Source of the DNA: Octopus vulgaris
Lineage: Eukaryota
Assembly (NCBI GenBank): GCA_951406725.2
Contig: OX597822.1
Span: 57,784,001-57,848,000, forward strand
Direction: 5' to 3'
DNA length: 64,000 nucleotides
Shown here piece by piece: positions 1 through 13,651 of this stretch (the first letter of the stretch is position 1; each line of letters starts with the position of its first letter). The translations under genes and the position numbers were made by a program. The notes below the pieces were generated by a model. It did no database searches, had not been told where the DNA came from, and saw nothing but the letters and a program-made list of their open reading frames with translations.

Positions 1-559
1 GTGGCTGCTCATCCTGCTCAAAATAGTTAAATCTCCCTTAAATCACAACCTACCATCTTAAAAAGGGAAAGTACTAAGGGATAATTAATGTAGCCCAGAA
101 CATATTGTTTGTAAAAACAGTTTGGGTGGTGATAATCAGGATTAACCTGGAGACTAGCTATTAACAATAAAACAACAATTTCAATTACAAGACAATTGGT
201 TTCTGTACTTAGCATTCATTTCACTCTCTCTACTACCACCACCACCACCACTGCCACTACTGTTGCCACTCCCACCATTGCTGCTACTGTCACTACTACT
301 GCTGTTGCTGCCACCACCACAATCACCATACACACTATTACATTATTAACCTTAGCTTTTGTAACACGTACTAATGGTATGGACGTGCTACGCAAAGGAT
401 TATAGCTTTCCCACTAATCCATTTGTTTAAATGAGTGACTACAGTCACAAGATACTTATCCCAAAATACCCAGCAATATCAGGTGGTACAAAGGACATTT
501 AAGACAAAACATACCTGGTCAATACGTCTAATTTCAGTAAATAATATTAGAGCAATGAA

Positions 560-782
560 AGGAAATGAGCTGACAGAATCATTACCACGCCAGAAAAAAA
601 TGCTTAGTGGAATTTCTTCTGTCTTTACATTCTGAATTCAAATGCTTCCAGGGTCAACTTTGCCTTGCATTTTTTCAGGGGTAAATAAAATAAGTACCAG
701 TTGGCACTGAGGTCAATGTAGTCAACTTACACCCACCCCAACAATTGCTGGCCTTATGCCAGAATTTGAAACCAATATTAGA
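560..782 (+). mobile_element. SINE family B
   Basis: Head and core as above; flanked by the direct repeat aatattagagcaatg. Confidence 0.75.
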
Positions 783-3700
783 GCAATGGAAAAAAATACC
801 TTGAGATATTAATTACATCTCTGTTTTGAGTTCAAATCCTACCTAAAAGGACATTGCCTTCCATCCTTCTGGGAGTTGTTGATGTATTTTAGTACTACAT
901 CAGTCCTGATTGAGCAGACATATGATCAAAGGTATTCCAGATGGAACCCTCTTGTCTTCAATTTTTTTCTCAGATATAGCGTACCTGGGACTACATTATC
1001 CATTGAGTCCTGTTGTCTTAACAACAGATTGTGATTTGAGGGGAATTTGGCTGCTATTACTAGCTAATGTAGAAGCTAATGAGTACTAGTGAAGTACTAG
1101 AGGTAATATAATCAATTGTGTTTTCCTCTACAATATGTTACCTTGTGCTTCTATTAGAAATTAATATGAATTGACCTTACCACTCTCCCAAAATATGTCA
1201 GAAATCATTATTTACCTATACATATGACAGAATCAGTAAAACAGTAAGCAAAATGCCTCATAATATTTAGTTACATCTCTCTATGTCTGGAGTTCAAGCT
1301 GGAGCCATCTTTCACTATTATCTGTTAGGGGATTGATAAAAAATTAGTGCCAATCCAAGTTGATATAACCAGCTAAAACACCCCCCGCCCTACACCTGAA
1401 ACGTGTGCTGTCATGCTCATGTTCAAAATTATTAAAACTAACAGCAACATTAACTGAAAATAAATATTTTTTAAATCCTATTTATAAAGAGAAGCAAAGG
1501 TTAAGAGTTATGGTGTCTAACTGTCTCTAGAAACTAATCTACTGGCAAGAAGTAGTAATAAAATTACTACACAAAAAAGAAAGACGACCAGATAATTGGA
1601 TTGCATTGTCTATGCAAATAGACTTTCTATTTTAACACAGTTCTAAGGTGAACTTTTTCGTTGACAAATCTACCAATTTACTGTTCAACAGTTCTTCCAC
1701 CTCATACTATGTTGTGAAGTGTGTGTATGTGTGTGTGGAGATAGAGAGAAAGGCAAGGGTATTTCTTTGTTTCTATTTCTTCCTCTCAAGCTTATGTATG
1801 AGCTGACAGAATGACTGAACTACTAGTAACCTGACCATAACTTAAACTTCATGCATTTGATTCTGACAAAACGGAAGGTGTTGTTTCCATAGGTACTGTC
1901 TTCCTGAAAGTGCTTCTGGATACACAAACATAATTCTGAAAAGGATCAATGAGGGAAAGCGGCTATGCACTCATTTGATATATCAGAAGTAAGTGCCAAA
2001 TTGCCAAACAAAATCACAAGCTACTGTTTTAGACATGAAAGAACACAATGGATAATGCAGTCCAAAATATACTGTGCCTGAAAACAACATCAATAACTTT
2101 TTCTCAATATCTCCAGATGAAAAATTGACACAACTGTGAACAAATTAAGATGAAAAGTGTATTTCAAAATTTTCAACCTAATATTTGAATTTCTGAAACT
2201 AGGTAAATACTACCAGTGGCATATAAAATTAGACAAAAATATTTTTTAAAAATGAACTTTTTAAAATTATTGAAAGGAATATGAGATGAATGAGGAAAGA
2301 TATTAATTAATAAATGCAAAAATTCAGTGACTTACAAAATAATATAACTGGGAATACAAATCAAAGATCATTTTCTACCACCGCATAACATCTCTCCTTC
2401 ACTTATTCTATGTGGCTTCTGACTTTTCATTCAACTACCTACTACATTAGCTTTTACCAAAAAATATTAAGTGGTTTCAGTACTATAACTATCCATCCTT
2501 ATGCACCATTTTGTTGCAGGCATTAATAATAAACTTTGATTCAATCCCTCACATGAGCTTCTGGTTATAAAAAGACACAGTATCACATGGAACTGCTTTA
2601 GTCATCCAATATTCATGCAATTCACAAGAACATTACCCACAACAACAGAAAAATATCTGACCAATCAAGACTTAGCATGAAACTAGTTCCAACAACAATT
2701 TCCTCTTTTGGCATGCTTCTTTCTGATCCTAACCATCAACTATATATTCAGCGCACCTTAGCTACTTAGATAGATGGTGAGCAGATGGTGGACAGCAGTT
2801 GACCCAAACTGACAACACAAAAGCAATGAACAGGTGACAAACAAGACATCAGAAAACAGCAGCATGACCAGTAGCTAACCACAATGAATGAACATCAACA
2901 ACAACACAAGGACCAGCTAACATTTTGACCTTTGCTACAATCACACTAATCTAAGAACAATAATATTCTAACATTCCTAATGTTCATAGTAATGACAACA
3001 TTTTTCTTTGTTTACAAAAAGAATAAATATTTTGTTTATCAAAAATCTTTACAGGTATCAGTGTTCTTCTTCATAACAAGACTAGTCATGAAGACAGTAT
3101 TCAAAGAAGCTGTATTAGACAACAAGACATACACAAAAGCCAGTTTTCCCTTTGATTGCATTTTAGTCTTGATAATTTGAAGAGACACGTAAGATACTGT
3201 ATTCTGGAGATACAATAATAGCCAAGAGAAAGACAGAATGGACATAACTGGAATGTCTTTGATGATAAGTCTGCTCAGTCAGGGCTATTCTTGGACTAAA
3301 CAACAACAAGAATTATATCATTCTGATCCTGGTTTCTACAAACAGAATTTCTACAGGAATGGTAAAGTTCCTATTCAGCTGGCCAAGGAATTTACACTAA
3401 GAAAATAACTGTGAAAGGCAAATATTTGTAAACATATGAATATACAATGTTATATGTAGTAACAGCAGCAACACTGTTTGCCTGAGAGTTGGAGAGGGGG
3501 GAGATGAATGGAATGTTGTAACAGAGTCAGGGTTACTACTGAGAAGAGAATGTTGCGGCTCTTATAAGAAAGATTATTATGTAACATTTGCGTGTCAGCA
3601 TCTGTTTACTTTTCAAGTAATTTGATGATCTGAATGATTAAAGCAGTACTGATGATGAAGTTGATGATGATGACAGTGGTGGTGGGGGTGGTGAGGAGGA

Positions 3701-4240
3701 GGAGGATTATTGTTGTTATCATCATCATCATCATTAGTTGAGATTTCTACTTTCACTTTTTATATAATATCCTTTTAAAACCTTATCTGTACCAGATTAA
3801 GTTGTGATGTGAGGGGCGAAAAAGGAGATATTAATAATAATAATAACAAAAATAATAATGATGATGACGATGATGATGATTAGCAATGGATTGACAGAAT
3901 CATTAGCACTTCAGATAAAATGTTTTGCAGTACTTCTAGCACTGTTTCTTCACACCTTCATATATATTGACATCCTTTACAAATTGTCTATCAAATAACA
4001 AATTTTTCACTGATGTTTTAAGGACTCATCAACTACTTTGATGGGCTTGAACAACTTACTGCCACAATTTCTGCATTTCTTTTATAATTGCCTATCAAAA
4101 GAATAAATAAACGACCTTCCTACCTCCATTCACAACTCTTAACATTCCCTCTACTCCCTCTTCTCCATCTCCTCTTTATTTAAATATATTCTTTTATTCT
4201 ATTTCGTTTTTGGATTTGGTTTGCAAGATTCTTTTTTTTT

Positions 4241-4455
4241 TCTTCTATTTGTTTCAGTCATTTGACTGCAGCCATGCTGGAGCACCGCCTTTAGTCGAGC
4301 AAATTGGCCCCAGGACTTATTCTTTGTAAGCCTAGTACTTATTCTATTGGTCTCTCTTGCCGAACTGCTAAGTGACGGGGACATAAACACGATGTCAAGC
4401 GATGTTGGGGTGGGGACAAACACAGACACACAAACATATACTTACACACAAACAT

Positions 4456-4527
<72 letters not shown>

Positions 4528-4688
4528 CAGGCTTGTTTCAGTTTCCATCTACCAAATCCACTCACAAGGCTTTGGTCGGCCCGAGGCTATAGTAGAAGAC
4601 ACTTGCCCAAGGTGTCACACAGTGGGACTGAACCCAGAACCATGTGGTTGGTAAGCAAGCTACTTACCACACAGCTACTCCTGCGCCT
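4241..4688 (-). mobile_element. SINE family A, full length
   Basis: Reverse-complement match to 10694-11131. Confidence 0.9.
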
Positions 4689-5014
4689 ATATATAAATTT
4701 CAATATACTAAAGTAAGCAGCAGTTTTACTTACTAACCTCAATTGTTATATTTCAATACCAGAAAGGTCCCCTCTTATTATATACCAAATTCATCTACCC
4801 TTAGAAGGTCCTATACAAGCAGAATACAGTTTGAAATCTGATGAGGCTAAACAGTGGTGGAACTTTAATGAGAGAAGTGGGAAGAAAGCAAAGAAGGAAG
4901 GTATGTAGATAAGAAGAAAGAGAGAAAGAGACACATATAGGTGTCTAGACATATATCTTATTTCTCTTCCTCTATCACAGACACAATCTATTTCTCCCTC
5001 ACTCACAAACTTGT

Positions 5015-5410
5015 GAGGTGAGTGGAGAAGTTTAAGTATCTTGAGGCCATATTCACAAGTGATGGGAGGTAGGAGTCTGAATTAGATGTGCTGATACAGT
5101 AATGCACCAGCTTCAGCATTTGGTCTTCAGAAAAGTTTTCATGCCTTGCCTATCCTCACCTCCTCACCTTTGTTGAGTAATGACTGAAAGAGTACATTCA
5201 TGAATACAACCAGATGAAATCGGATTCCTCCAAAGGATCTCTGCAGTGATGCTACTCAAAAGGATGCATAGCTCAAGAGAACAGGGAATCTCTCCAGGAG
5301 AGCTACGACTTTTACATATTGAGAAGTCACAGTTCCGGTATTATGAACATACAGTTGGAATGCCATAGAAAAGGATTGCAAATCAGATTCTTCCAGTCAA
5401 GCCAACTTTT
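5015..5410 (+). mobile_element. Decayed RTE-clade LINE fragment (RT C-terminal region)
   Basis: VEKFKYLEAIFTSDGR, VMTERVHS*IQPDEIGFLQRISAV and LLHIEKSQFRYYEH, with stops and frameshifts. Confidence 0.75.
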
Positions 5411-5435
5411 ATTCAGGGATTTTGTCCCTTTAAAC

Positions 5436-5827
5436 CAGTGGTTTTTAATCAAGGTACATGTGACCACCAGAGCTCCATATAAGATTTTGCAAGGTCTGTG
5501 CTAGCAAAATAGTAAATTGGGGATCCACAGTAGTATTTTAAGGGTCCATGAGAAGTTTTCATTTATTGGGGACCTGCAGCAGTATTTTAATACCCATGAA
5601 AAGGTTTTATTTAAATGTATGTATAGCAAGAAACAGCTAGGTTTCTTTCTCTAGCATTTTACATAGTGCAACCTATACAAATGAATGAGCGAATAACAAA
5701 ATATGAATTTTCAAAGAAGTATCAGTAAACCTAGTTTTTAAACATCAAATGGCTTGGGGGGGGGGGGTCCCCCAAAATAAAATAGTAAACAAGGGGTCCA
5801 TAAGTAAGAAATGGTTGAGAACCACTG
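5436..5827. mobile_element. hAT (Charlie-like) MITE
   Basis: TIRs CAGTGGTT / AACCACTG and a perfect 8-bp TSD CTTTAAAC (5428-5435, 5828-5835). Confidence 0.9.
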
Positions 5828-6556
5828 CTTTAAACATTACATAAAAGGATATATCTTTGTAAGCTAAGAGTGGAAGAGGCCTTAAGTATGGTTCTCAGTT
5901 AGGAGCACTCATTAAGGTTCAGTTCATACCTCACTAAAGATAGACAGGGGAGATGAAGAAGGATTGCAAAAAGGAAAGTAAAATAATATAAACAAAAAAG
6001 AAATGATGTGCTCAAAATGAAAGAAACTGTCCTCTGTAAACACCACCATCATTTTCAGAATGTACCACTTTAATAAGGTCTGTATGGCTTATCTTAAACA
6101 GATCATCACTTCCATCTCACTGTCTGTACCACCACTCCCCCTCCACTAACACTACACCAACTCCCTGTCATACCATTATTAAGTCACACACACACACACA
6201 CACAACAGAATGTGTTGTTGGTAATAGATTGATTTTTTTTTTCTTTTTGTTTCAGAGGTGAGGTGTTGAAGTAGTGGGGGAGAGATTTACTACTGTTTGA
6301 AACTAAACTGGTCTAACCACTTATATTAATCTGCTATTATTTATTTACTTATCTATTTATTTATATCTTGTTATTTTTAATTATTTCTCTTTTATAATTG
6401 ACACCTGTGTTGTCATTCATCCACCAAACAAAAACTGCTTCTGATGTTTTATAAATGACAAGTTCTACAACAGCATTGTCTGCAAACATTGTGATGATGT
6501 TGATCAGCGAGGATTAGATAACTGTTGTTGCTGTTGTTATTATTATTATTATTATT

Positions 6557-7110
6557 GAGTGAGAGAGCAGTGCATGCCATCAAAATGACACTGGGTTAAA
6601 ATATACGAAGCCCAGTATACCTATCGTGACTACCCGTCTGATAAGGGTACACCAGGCACATGCATCACAACCATATGTGCATGACATGGTGATTTCATAT
6701 CATGATAAACAGCACATGACCTTGCAGGTGGGGCCCAGTTAGAATTTTCTTCTGGTCAAGTAACCCATCCTGCTCAAAAGGTCCCTGAATAAGGGTTGTT
6801 TAAGGATGTTGAACGAAACACCCATGTTTCCAGAGGTGAATTAGTCAAACCTCAAAGAATCCCTATAAACACATGGCTATGATGCTCCCCACTACTTCTG
6901 CTCGTGATCAGGGATGCACATATTGTCAGCCACTAAGGGACATGGTCAACTGGTTAAGGTCAAACAACTGACAAGCAAATCTGTGGTATTGGGCAGAATA
7001 TTTGTTGTAGCCCATCTTTTATACCAAGACAAAACAATGTACATGATAACACTTCCAATCGGTTAAGATCAGAAGCCATGAGAGCCACTGCCTGGTACTG
7101 CATCAGGGCA
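6557..7110 (-). mobile_element. Non-coding retroposon of about 550 bp with a (TAA)n tail, embedded in a trinucleotide microsatellite
   Basis: Homologous to 27790-28255 in the opposite orientation. Both copies end at ...CTCTCACTC followed by (AAT)n. Confidence 0.8.
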
Positions 7111-7162
7111 TGATGATGATGATGATGATGATTATTATTATTATTATTATTATTATTTTAAT

Positions 7163-7380
7163 TAAGGTGGCATGCTGGTAGCTTCATTAGTGTGCCAGAC
7201 AAATGCTTTGCAGTATTTCATGTATTTAGGTTCGGAGTTCAAATTCTACCAAGGTCAGCTTTGCCTTTCATCCTTTGTGGGCTGATAAAATAAGTATCAG
7301 TTATGCACTGGGATCAATGTAATTGACTTATCCACCCCACCAAAATTGCTGGCTTTGTGCCTATAGTAGAAAAGATTATT
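7163..7380 (+). mobile_element. SINE family B
   Basis: gagttcaaattc, tttgcctttcatcctt and taaaataagta motifs. Confidence 0.75.
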
Positions 7381-7439
7381 AGCATCATTGACTTGACTCA
7401 GGTTCATTCTTTATTATTATTGTTGTTGTTGTCATTTTA

Positions 7440-8146
7440 ACTTGGGTTTTGTTGGAACTCCTACAGTCTTCCATGAGTAATTAGCTTGCTGTCTGTTCTC
7501 TTCAACTATCAAATACTTTGCTGATGATTCTAGCTGTGTGAAGGAGGCAAACCATTTTTGTAACTGATCTACTGGGCATTCTATACCCATTTCTTTTATA
7601 TTCCTCTAAATACCTTCTGATACTGTCTCCAAGGCCCCAATAATAATTGACATAATCTTCACCTTTTTCATTTTCCACAGTTGAGAATCATATATGTCTC
7701 TTTTTGTGCCTTGCTTCTTAACTGTTCATGTGTAAAAGGGGCACACAACTTCAATTATAGAGCATGTGTGGTTCACCTTGTCCACTACCACCAGATCCCA
7801 CTTATTGTGCTCAAGCACCTGGTCTGTTTACATTGGGAAATCCCACAAAATTTTACAGGGCTCCAACATGGCGACTCTCTGTGATTTATGTTCATACCAC
7901 ATCTTACTTCTTTTTAACCCCCACTTTTCACAAACTTCCCAATGCAGCAATTTTTCTACCTCAGCATGACACAACAGCTTATATTGGTTTGGGGCAAGCT
8001 GAGGGCATTTATTCACAATATGCGCAACAGTTTCATCAAATCTATTTCAAATTAGGTATAATGGAGTCATTTGTTCATTTCTAAGTTTGTGGCCGAAGCT
8101 TGGTATTTTGCTGCAAGTATAGTGCCCTTAGTCTCCTTTGTAAGTG
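7440..8146 (-). mobile_element. Decayed R4/Dong-clade (RLE-type) non-LTR retrotransposon, 3' fragment
   Basis: Minus strand gives LTKETKGTILAAKYQA, ETVAHIVNKCPQLAPNQYK..H..V.KLLHWEVCEKWGL..WYEHK..KILWDFP (zinc-knuckle/RLE region) and LWKMKKVKIMSIIIGALETV at the C-terminus. It is flanked on both sides by (TTA/TTG)n. Confidence 0.85.
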
Positions 8147-8239
8147 TTGTTGTTGTTGTTATTATTATTACTATTATTTTGCTTTTCAACTTTTCAAGGA
8201 TGGTAAAAGGGTAAAAAGGGGGAAAAAAGGTGGGGGTGA

Positions 8240-8576
8240 AAACTCCCTTCGGTCATGAATGACCAGGGGATTGCATCTAAAAAGTTTCCCTCCAAGGCAC
8301 AAGTCCAAGCAAAGTTGTTTATAGAAGACCAGCAGTCGCCCATGGATACCAGCCTCCCCACTCCATGCCATTGATGTTATCCAAGGGAAAGGCAAAGGTT
8401 GATACAGCTTGGCACCAGTGACATTGCAACTCATTCCTGCAGCTGAGTGATCTGGAGCAACATGAACACAACACACAGCTTGATAAAGAACACAACACAC
8501 AGCCTGGTCCAGGAATCGAACTCACTACCTCATGATTGTGGGCCCGACACTTTGACCACTGAGCCATGCATCTTCA
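8240..8576 (-). mobile_element. tRNA-derived SINE (family C)
   Basis: Head atggctcagtggtc..gagttcgattcc; body shared with 14725-15068 and 37805-38105. Confidence 0.85.
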
Positions 8577-8664
8577 AGGATGATACACGATAAGTAACAG
8601 GCAAATGCTTGAGTCTTCACATCTATATGATTAATCTATTCTATGTCCAGAAATGTGTTAGAAA

Positions 8665-9056
8665 TCATTATGATGATGATGATAGCTGTGGTAGTGTTGA
8701 TGATGATGATAATGGTGATGTACTGTTGGATGTGGTGTTAGTGGAGGATGGTCTGGGTAGTGAAGATGGTCATGGTAGTAGAAATGGTGGTGAAGAGAAT
8801 GATAATAGTAGTGGTGATAATGTTAGTAGCAGAAGTGGTAGTGATCATGGTGATTGTGATAAGATAATGATAGTGATGATGGTGATTGTGATGATGATGG
8901 GGTAGTGATGCAGTGAGTGTGGTGATGGTATGGCAGGGGTGAGTGTAATAGTGAGAGTGGTTAGTAATGATGATGATGATAATGGTGATGGTAGTAGTGA
9001 CAATGGTGATAGCAGTGAGATGGTAATGGTGATGACCCAGATGATGATAATGGTGT
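8665..9056 (+). repeat. Degenerate (GAT/GGT/AGT)n trinucleotide low-complexity tract
   Basis: Seen directly; produces spurious Asp- and His-rich ORFs. Confidence 0.85.
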
Positions 9057-9284
9057 GAACAGTTTTGGTAAGGATGAAACAATTTCTTATACAGAAAAAC
9101 ATTAGGTCACTTTTGTAAAGGAAGTGGGAGAGGGGATGCAGTGAACTGAATCCCAGTCCTCCATGCTACCAGTAATATGTGATTGATACTTCAAGATAGG
9201 CAAGAGTCAACAAGAACAAGATTTGAACCCATAAATGCAAGACAACATAGTGAAGTATTTCATACAGGTTTCTATCACCTACAC

Positions 9285-9575
9285 CAGTGGTTCGCAAACT
9301 TTTCCAGGCTGCCACCCACTTGACACCCAGGCCACATTCCTAACACCTACCCCCCACACACCACCACAAACATAGACCACTTTCTGCAGCAAATTCAAAA
9401 CAACTGTATTTCACAAATTAAACAACCTAATTCACCCATTATTTTGGAGCTTTTTTATATCCATCACCCCCTTTTTGGTCATCCCATTATCGCCTCACTT
9501 TTTTTTCAATGCATCCCTATCCTGGATCTCCCCACTGCCCCAACAGGGAAGTACCACCCACTTTGGAAACCAGTG
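9285..9575. mobile_element. hAT MITE
   Basis: Starts CAGTGGTT and ends GGAAACCAGTG, with a perfect 8-bp TSD ACCTACAC (9277-9284, 9576-9583). Confidence 0.85.
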
Positions 9576-10405
9576 ACCTACACCAATTGCAAATCCAAGA
9601 TGATGATGTTTATCAAGAGAAATGAGGAATCTGGAAGGAATCAATAACATAATTGAAACACTGTACCAACAGGGAATTGAAACCAGATTGCAGAATAACC
9701 TTGACACAACCTTGTCACTGCATTAGTATTCCACCCTCATTAATTAACAATAATACTTTCTTACATAAGAACAAAGTCCGGTTTGTAACTGTGAGAAAAT
9801 GAGAATTTGTTATGCCTATGACCTTCACTAAAAATATTCTTATAAGTCAACAATAGCATGTCATTCTAGGTGCTTGATCTTCAAGAAATAACAGTCAACA
9901 GTATACTATGTATAAAAAAAAGTATCTTTACCCTTTGAACAGCAGATTGAGAAATTAATTTTTTGTAACTAAACACTTTCAAACATTGGACACTGGCAGA
10001 ATGTGTCATATAAATCATCTTTTGCTCTTAGTGTTGTTGAGAAAAGTTTGCATTTTCAAAGTTATTTCGTGTTAAAGTTGTTGTATTTCGGTAAATTCAA
10101 CCAATCAATTACATGTGTTCAACTGAAAAAAATACTGCTGTTGTTTGTCAACAACAACTTCTGGCAGTGTATATTTCGTTTGTCACTGTTATTTATGACA
10201 TATTTCATCTCATAATAAAAGAGTGTATCAAAAGTATGTATGAATAAACGAGTGTATCAAAAGTATGTTTACTTCATGGCACCACAACAATCGTTTGTGC
10301 ATTTCTACTGCTTTTAGTTCTTTTTTCCTGTTTTTCAGCTACTATTTTCGGAAAGACTTTTTTGCCCCCTCCCCCTCCAATTTCTTCATTTTTCACTTTT
10401 TTCCG

Positions 10406-10500
10406 TAACTCTAACCCTAAAACCCTAACTCTAAAACCCTAACCCTAACCCTAAAACCATAACCCTAACCCTTACCCTAAAACCCTAATCCTAAAACTAA
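10406..10500 (+). repeat. Interstitial telomere-like (TAACCC/TAAAACCC)n tract
   Basis: About 14 degenerate units inside the TIR element. Confidence 0.85.
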
Positions 10501-10693
10501 AACCAGTACAAACGCACAAACGATGTCATAAATAACAGTGACAAACGAAATATACACCACTGATAGTTGTTGTTGACAAACAACGGCAGTAATTTTATTC
10601 AGCTGAATACACGTCATTGATTGGTTGAAATTACTGAAATACGACTACTTTAACAGGAAATAACTTTAAAAATATAAACTTTTCTCAACAACA

Positions 10694-10858
10694 GGCGCAG
10701 GAGTGGCTGTGTGGTAAGTAGCTTGCTTACCAAGCTCATGGTTCTGGGTTCATTCCCACTGTGTGGCACCTTGGGCAAGTGTCTTCTACTATAGCCTCGG
10801 GCTGTCCAAAGCCTTGTGAGTGGATTTGGTAGACGGAAACTGAAAGAAGCCCGTCATA

Positions 10859-10909
<51 letters not shown>

Positions 10910-11131
10910 ATGTATGTGTGTGTGTGTGTTTATGTGTTTGTGTTTGTCCCCCCAACATCGCTTGACAACCGATGGTGGTGTGTTTATGTCCCCGTTACTT
11001 AACGGTTTGGCAAAAGAGACCGATAGAATAAGTACTAGGCTTACAAAGAATAAGTCCTGGGGTCGATGTGCTCGACTAAAGGCACTGTTCCAGCATGGCC
11101 ACAGTCATATGACTGAAACAAGTAAAAGAGT
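10694..11131 (+). mobile_element. Full-length tRNA-derived CORE-like SINE (family A)
   Basis: Head ggcgcaggagtggctgtgtggt with A/B-box-like motifs, CORE-like ccttgggcaagtgtctt, internal (TA)n/(TG)n, tail gtaaaagagt, and TSD AACA (10690-10693, 11132-11135). Confidence 0.9.
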
Positions 11132-11376
11132 AACACTAAGAGTAAAAGTTGTTTTATATGACACATTCTACAAGTGTCCAAAGTTTGAAAGTGTTTAGCT
11201 ACAAAAAATTAATTTCTCGACCTGCCGTTTAAAGGGAAAAGATAAAAAAAAAGACGGGACTGGACGGTTTGGTTGGAATGCCTTTGGGCTGAATATCTGA
11301 GGCCTTCTGCATGTCTCACAAAACCATGGATCTGGGAAGTTTAATGCCAAGGTTCAAGCCTGGATAAGACTGTTTA

Positions 11377-11596
11377 TCTCTTTAGCATTCAGATTACTCT
11401 GTCAAATGGAATGCTTATTATTCACATTATTTTGAATTAATCATGGATTATCTCAAAGCTTCGATATTTTGATGATATGATTGTTCATTTTTAGAATTAC
11501 ATTGGAGGTATGGTGTGAGACATTGGATCTGAGTGGTTTGCACATAAAACATGCAGAGTATTTGTGTCTGATATGGCCAGTTTCAATGCTAGCATG
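11377..11596. mobile_element. Decayed MITE, possibly piggyBac-like
   Basis: Short terminal inverted match tagcatt/aatgcta with degenerate TTAA-like flanks. Confidence 0.4.
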
Positions 11597-12025
11597 TTAT
11601 GAAAGATCAAAAGTTGTCCATGCATGCAAGTCTCCATACAACTCATGCTGTCAGAGGCAAGGGTAAATAAAACTTGGCACCAGTATTGCTGCAAGTGTTG
11701 TGGTCAGAAGAGGAAGAGCCTGGATAGACAGCACAAGGTACTCTGATGTTCTAACAATTGCACCAATCCATCCTCCTCCATTGGTACTTTATTTATGAAA
11801 CCTGAAAGGATGAAAGGCAAAGTTGACCCTGGCAGGATTGTTTGGTTAAAAATATCAACAGTTTAGTGAAAACTGAGAATAAATAATATTTATTATACTT
11901 CTGTAACTCAATATTATAGTGTTTATTAAACACTACTCATTGACATAATCGGTGACATAGTCAATATAATCAGGTATTATTTAAGTAATATTAATATCGT
12001 TATGATTAATATTTTATACTTAATA

Positions 12026-12474
12026 AAGGCAAGCTGGCAGAATCATTAGCATGCCAGGCAAAATTCTTACTGGCATTTCATCCATCTTCATGTTCTAAAT
12101 TCAAATTCTACCATGGTCGACTGTGCCTTCCATACTTTTAAGGTCGATAAAATAACTACCAATTGATCACTAGGGTCGATGTAATGAACTTAAACCCTCC
12201 CCTAAAACTGCTGGCCTTGTGCCAAAATTTGAAACAAATATTATTTGGATTAATATTTTATATCTAGTAAAGGCAAAAAGCTAGTAGAATCATTAGTATT
12301 CTGGGCAAAATGCTTAGTGGCATTTCCAGAGATCAAATTCTGCTGAGGTCCACTTTACCTTTCAGCTTTTCAGGGTTGATAAAATAAGTACCAGTTGAGC
12401 ATTAGATGTGGTGTGATCAATTTACCTCCTCCCCCAAACTTACTGGCCTTGTGCCAAAATTTGAAACCAATAAT
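12026..12474 (+). mobile_element. Two tandem family B SINEs
   Basis: Units at about 12026-12243 and 12269-12474, each ending gccttgtgccaaaatttgaaac. Confidence 0.8.
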
Positions 12475-13589
12475 TTTATACTTAGTACATAAGATTTATA
12501 TATGCGTTGAAATGTAATAAATTGAGTATTGGAGCCTGTACTCATTGTAACTGAACTAGATATAAAAAATAAAGGGTGCTGTGGTGATTAGATATATAAA
12601 ACTGTGTCAATATCAGAAAAATAAGGTTTTGGTTACTACATACAGTCAAAGAGCAGGGACTAGAATAAATACTGCAAGATGTTCTTCAATGTGTAATAAT
12701 TCTGTTAATTTATTGTCTTGGGGCTAAATAACAACTACAACAAGAACAACAACAATACTTCCAACATATATAAACAACTTCAAATGGCACCAGAAACTGG
12801 GTCCAGACAACTGAGTTTGTTGAGAATTTACTAATCTATTATAGTGCTGCCTTTTGGAAATTACAATAAAATTATAATTGAAAACTGGTTTCATGGGTGG
12901 ATTGGAGTGTGTGTCACATGCAAGTGAGAGGTGTCTGCTGTCTCAATCAGAGAGGAAAGGTAAAAGAAACAAGTTAAGTGAAATGGGTAAGCCAGGAATT
13001 GAAACCTTATTGCAAACACTACTCTTCTTTTACATCATTCTTTTCTTTTCTCCTGTTTTTATTTATTTATTTATTTATTTGTTTGTTTTTATCATTGAAC
13101 TATGGTTATGCTAGAACACAAGCTTTAAACTTTTTGTTGCCAAATTTCTATTTAAATATGATTTTATTTCAATTAATTTTGAAAGAATTTCTTAAAATAA
13201 CTTTGTAATTATTAAGCTGATGTTTGGAATATAAATTAGTACAAAATTTTCATGGAAGATTTTAATTAAGATCGTGTTGAAATAGATTGTTTGTATCATA
13301 AACTAGGGACAGTGTCACAGTGGTTGGTGTCAAAAAGTTTAAGGAAACAGTCAATTAAATTGAGTCCAGTCCCTTCTACCACCACCACTACTAGCATTAG
13401 CATTTATTTTATCAATTCCAGAAGGATGAAAGTCAAAGTCAACACCAACGGGATTTGAAATCAGTAGATAAATGGACATAACCAAATACTACAAGATACT
13501 TTGTCCCACACTCATTTGACCTTAATCTTTAACATCAACCATGTAAGTAACTATCCTCCTCCCTGAAAGCTAATTTGTTTCTTTTATTA

Positions 13590-13651
<62 letters not shown>

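Larger units (their letters stand above)
9925..11242. mobile_element. Long-TIR (about 275 bp) non-autonomous DNA transposon with an internal telomere-like tract
   Basis: 9925-10201 is the reverse complement of 10523-11242 once the SINE is removed. TA flanks; degenerate (TAACCC)n at 10406-10500. Confidence 0.85.

Noticed and set aside
8609-9102. Asp-rich and His/Thr-rich ORFs
   Set aside because: Degenerate trinucleotide tract with no splice or homology support.
10406-10500. True telomere or chromosome-fusion scar
   Set aside because: Short, degenerate, single orientation, and internal to a TIR element.
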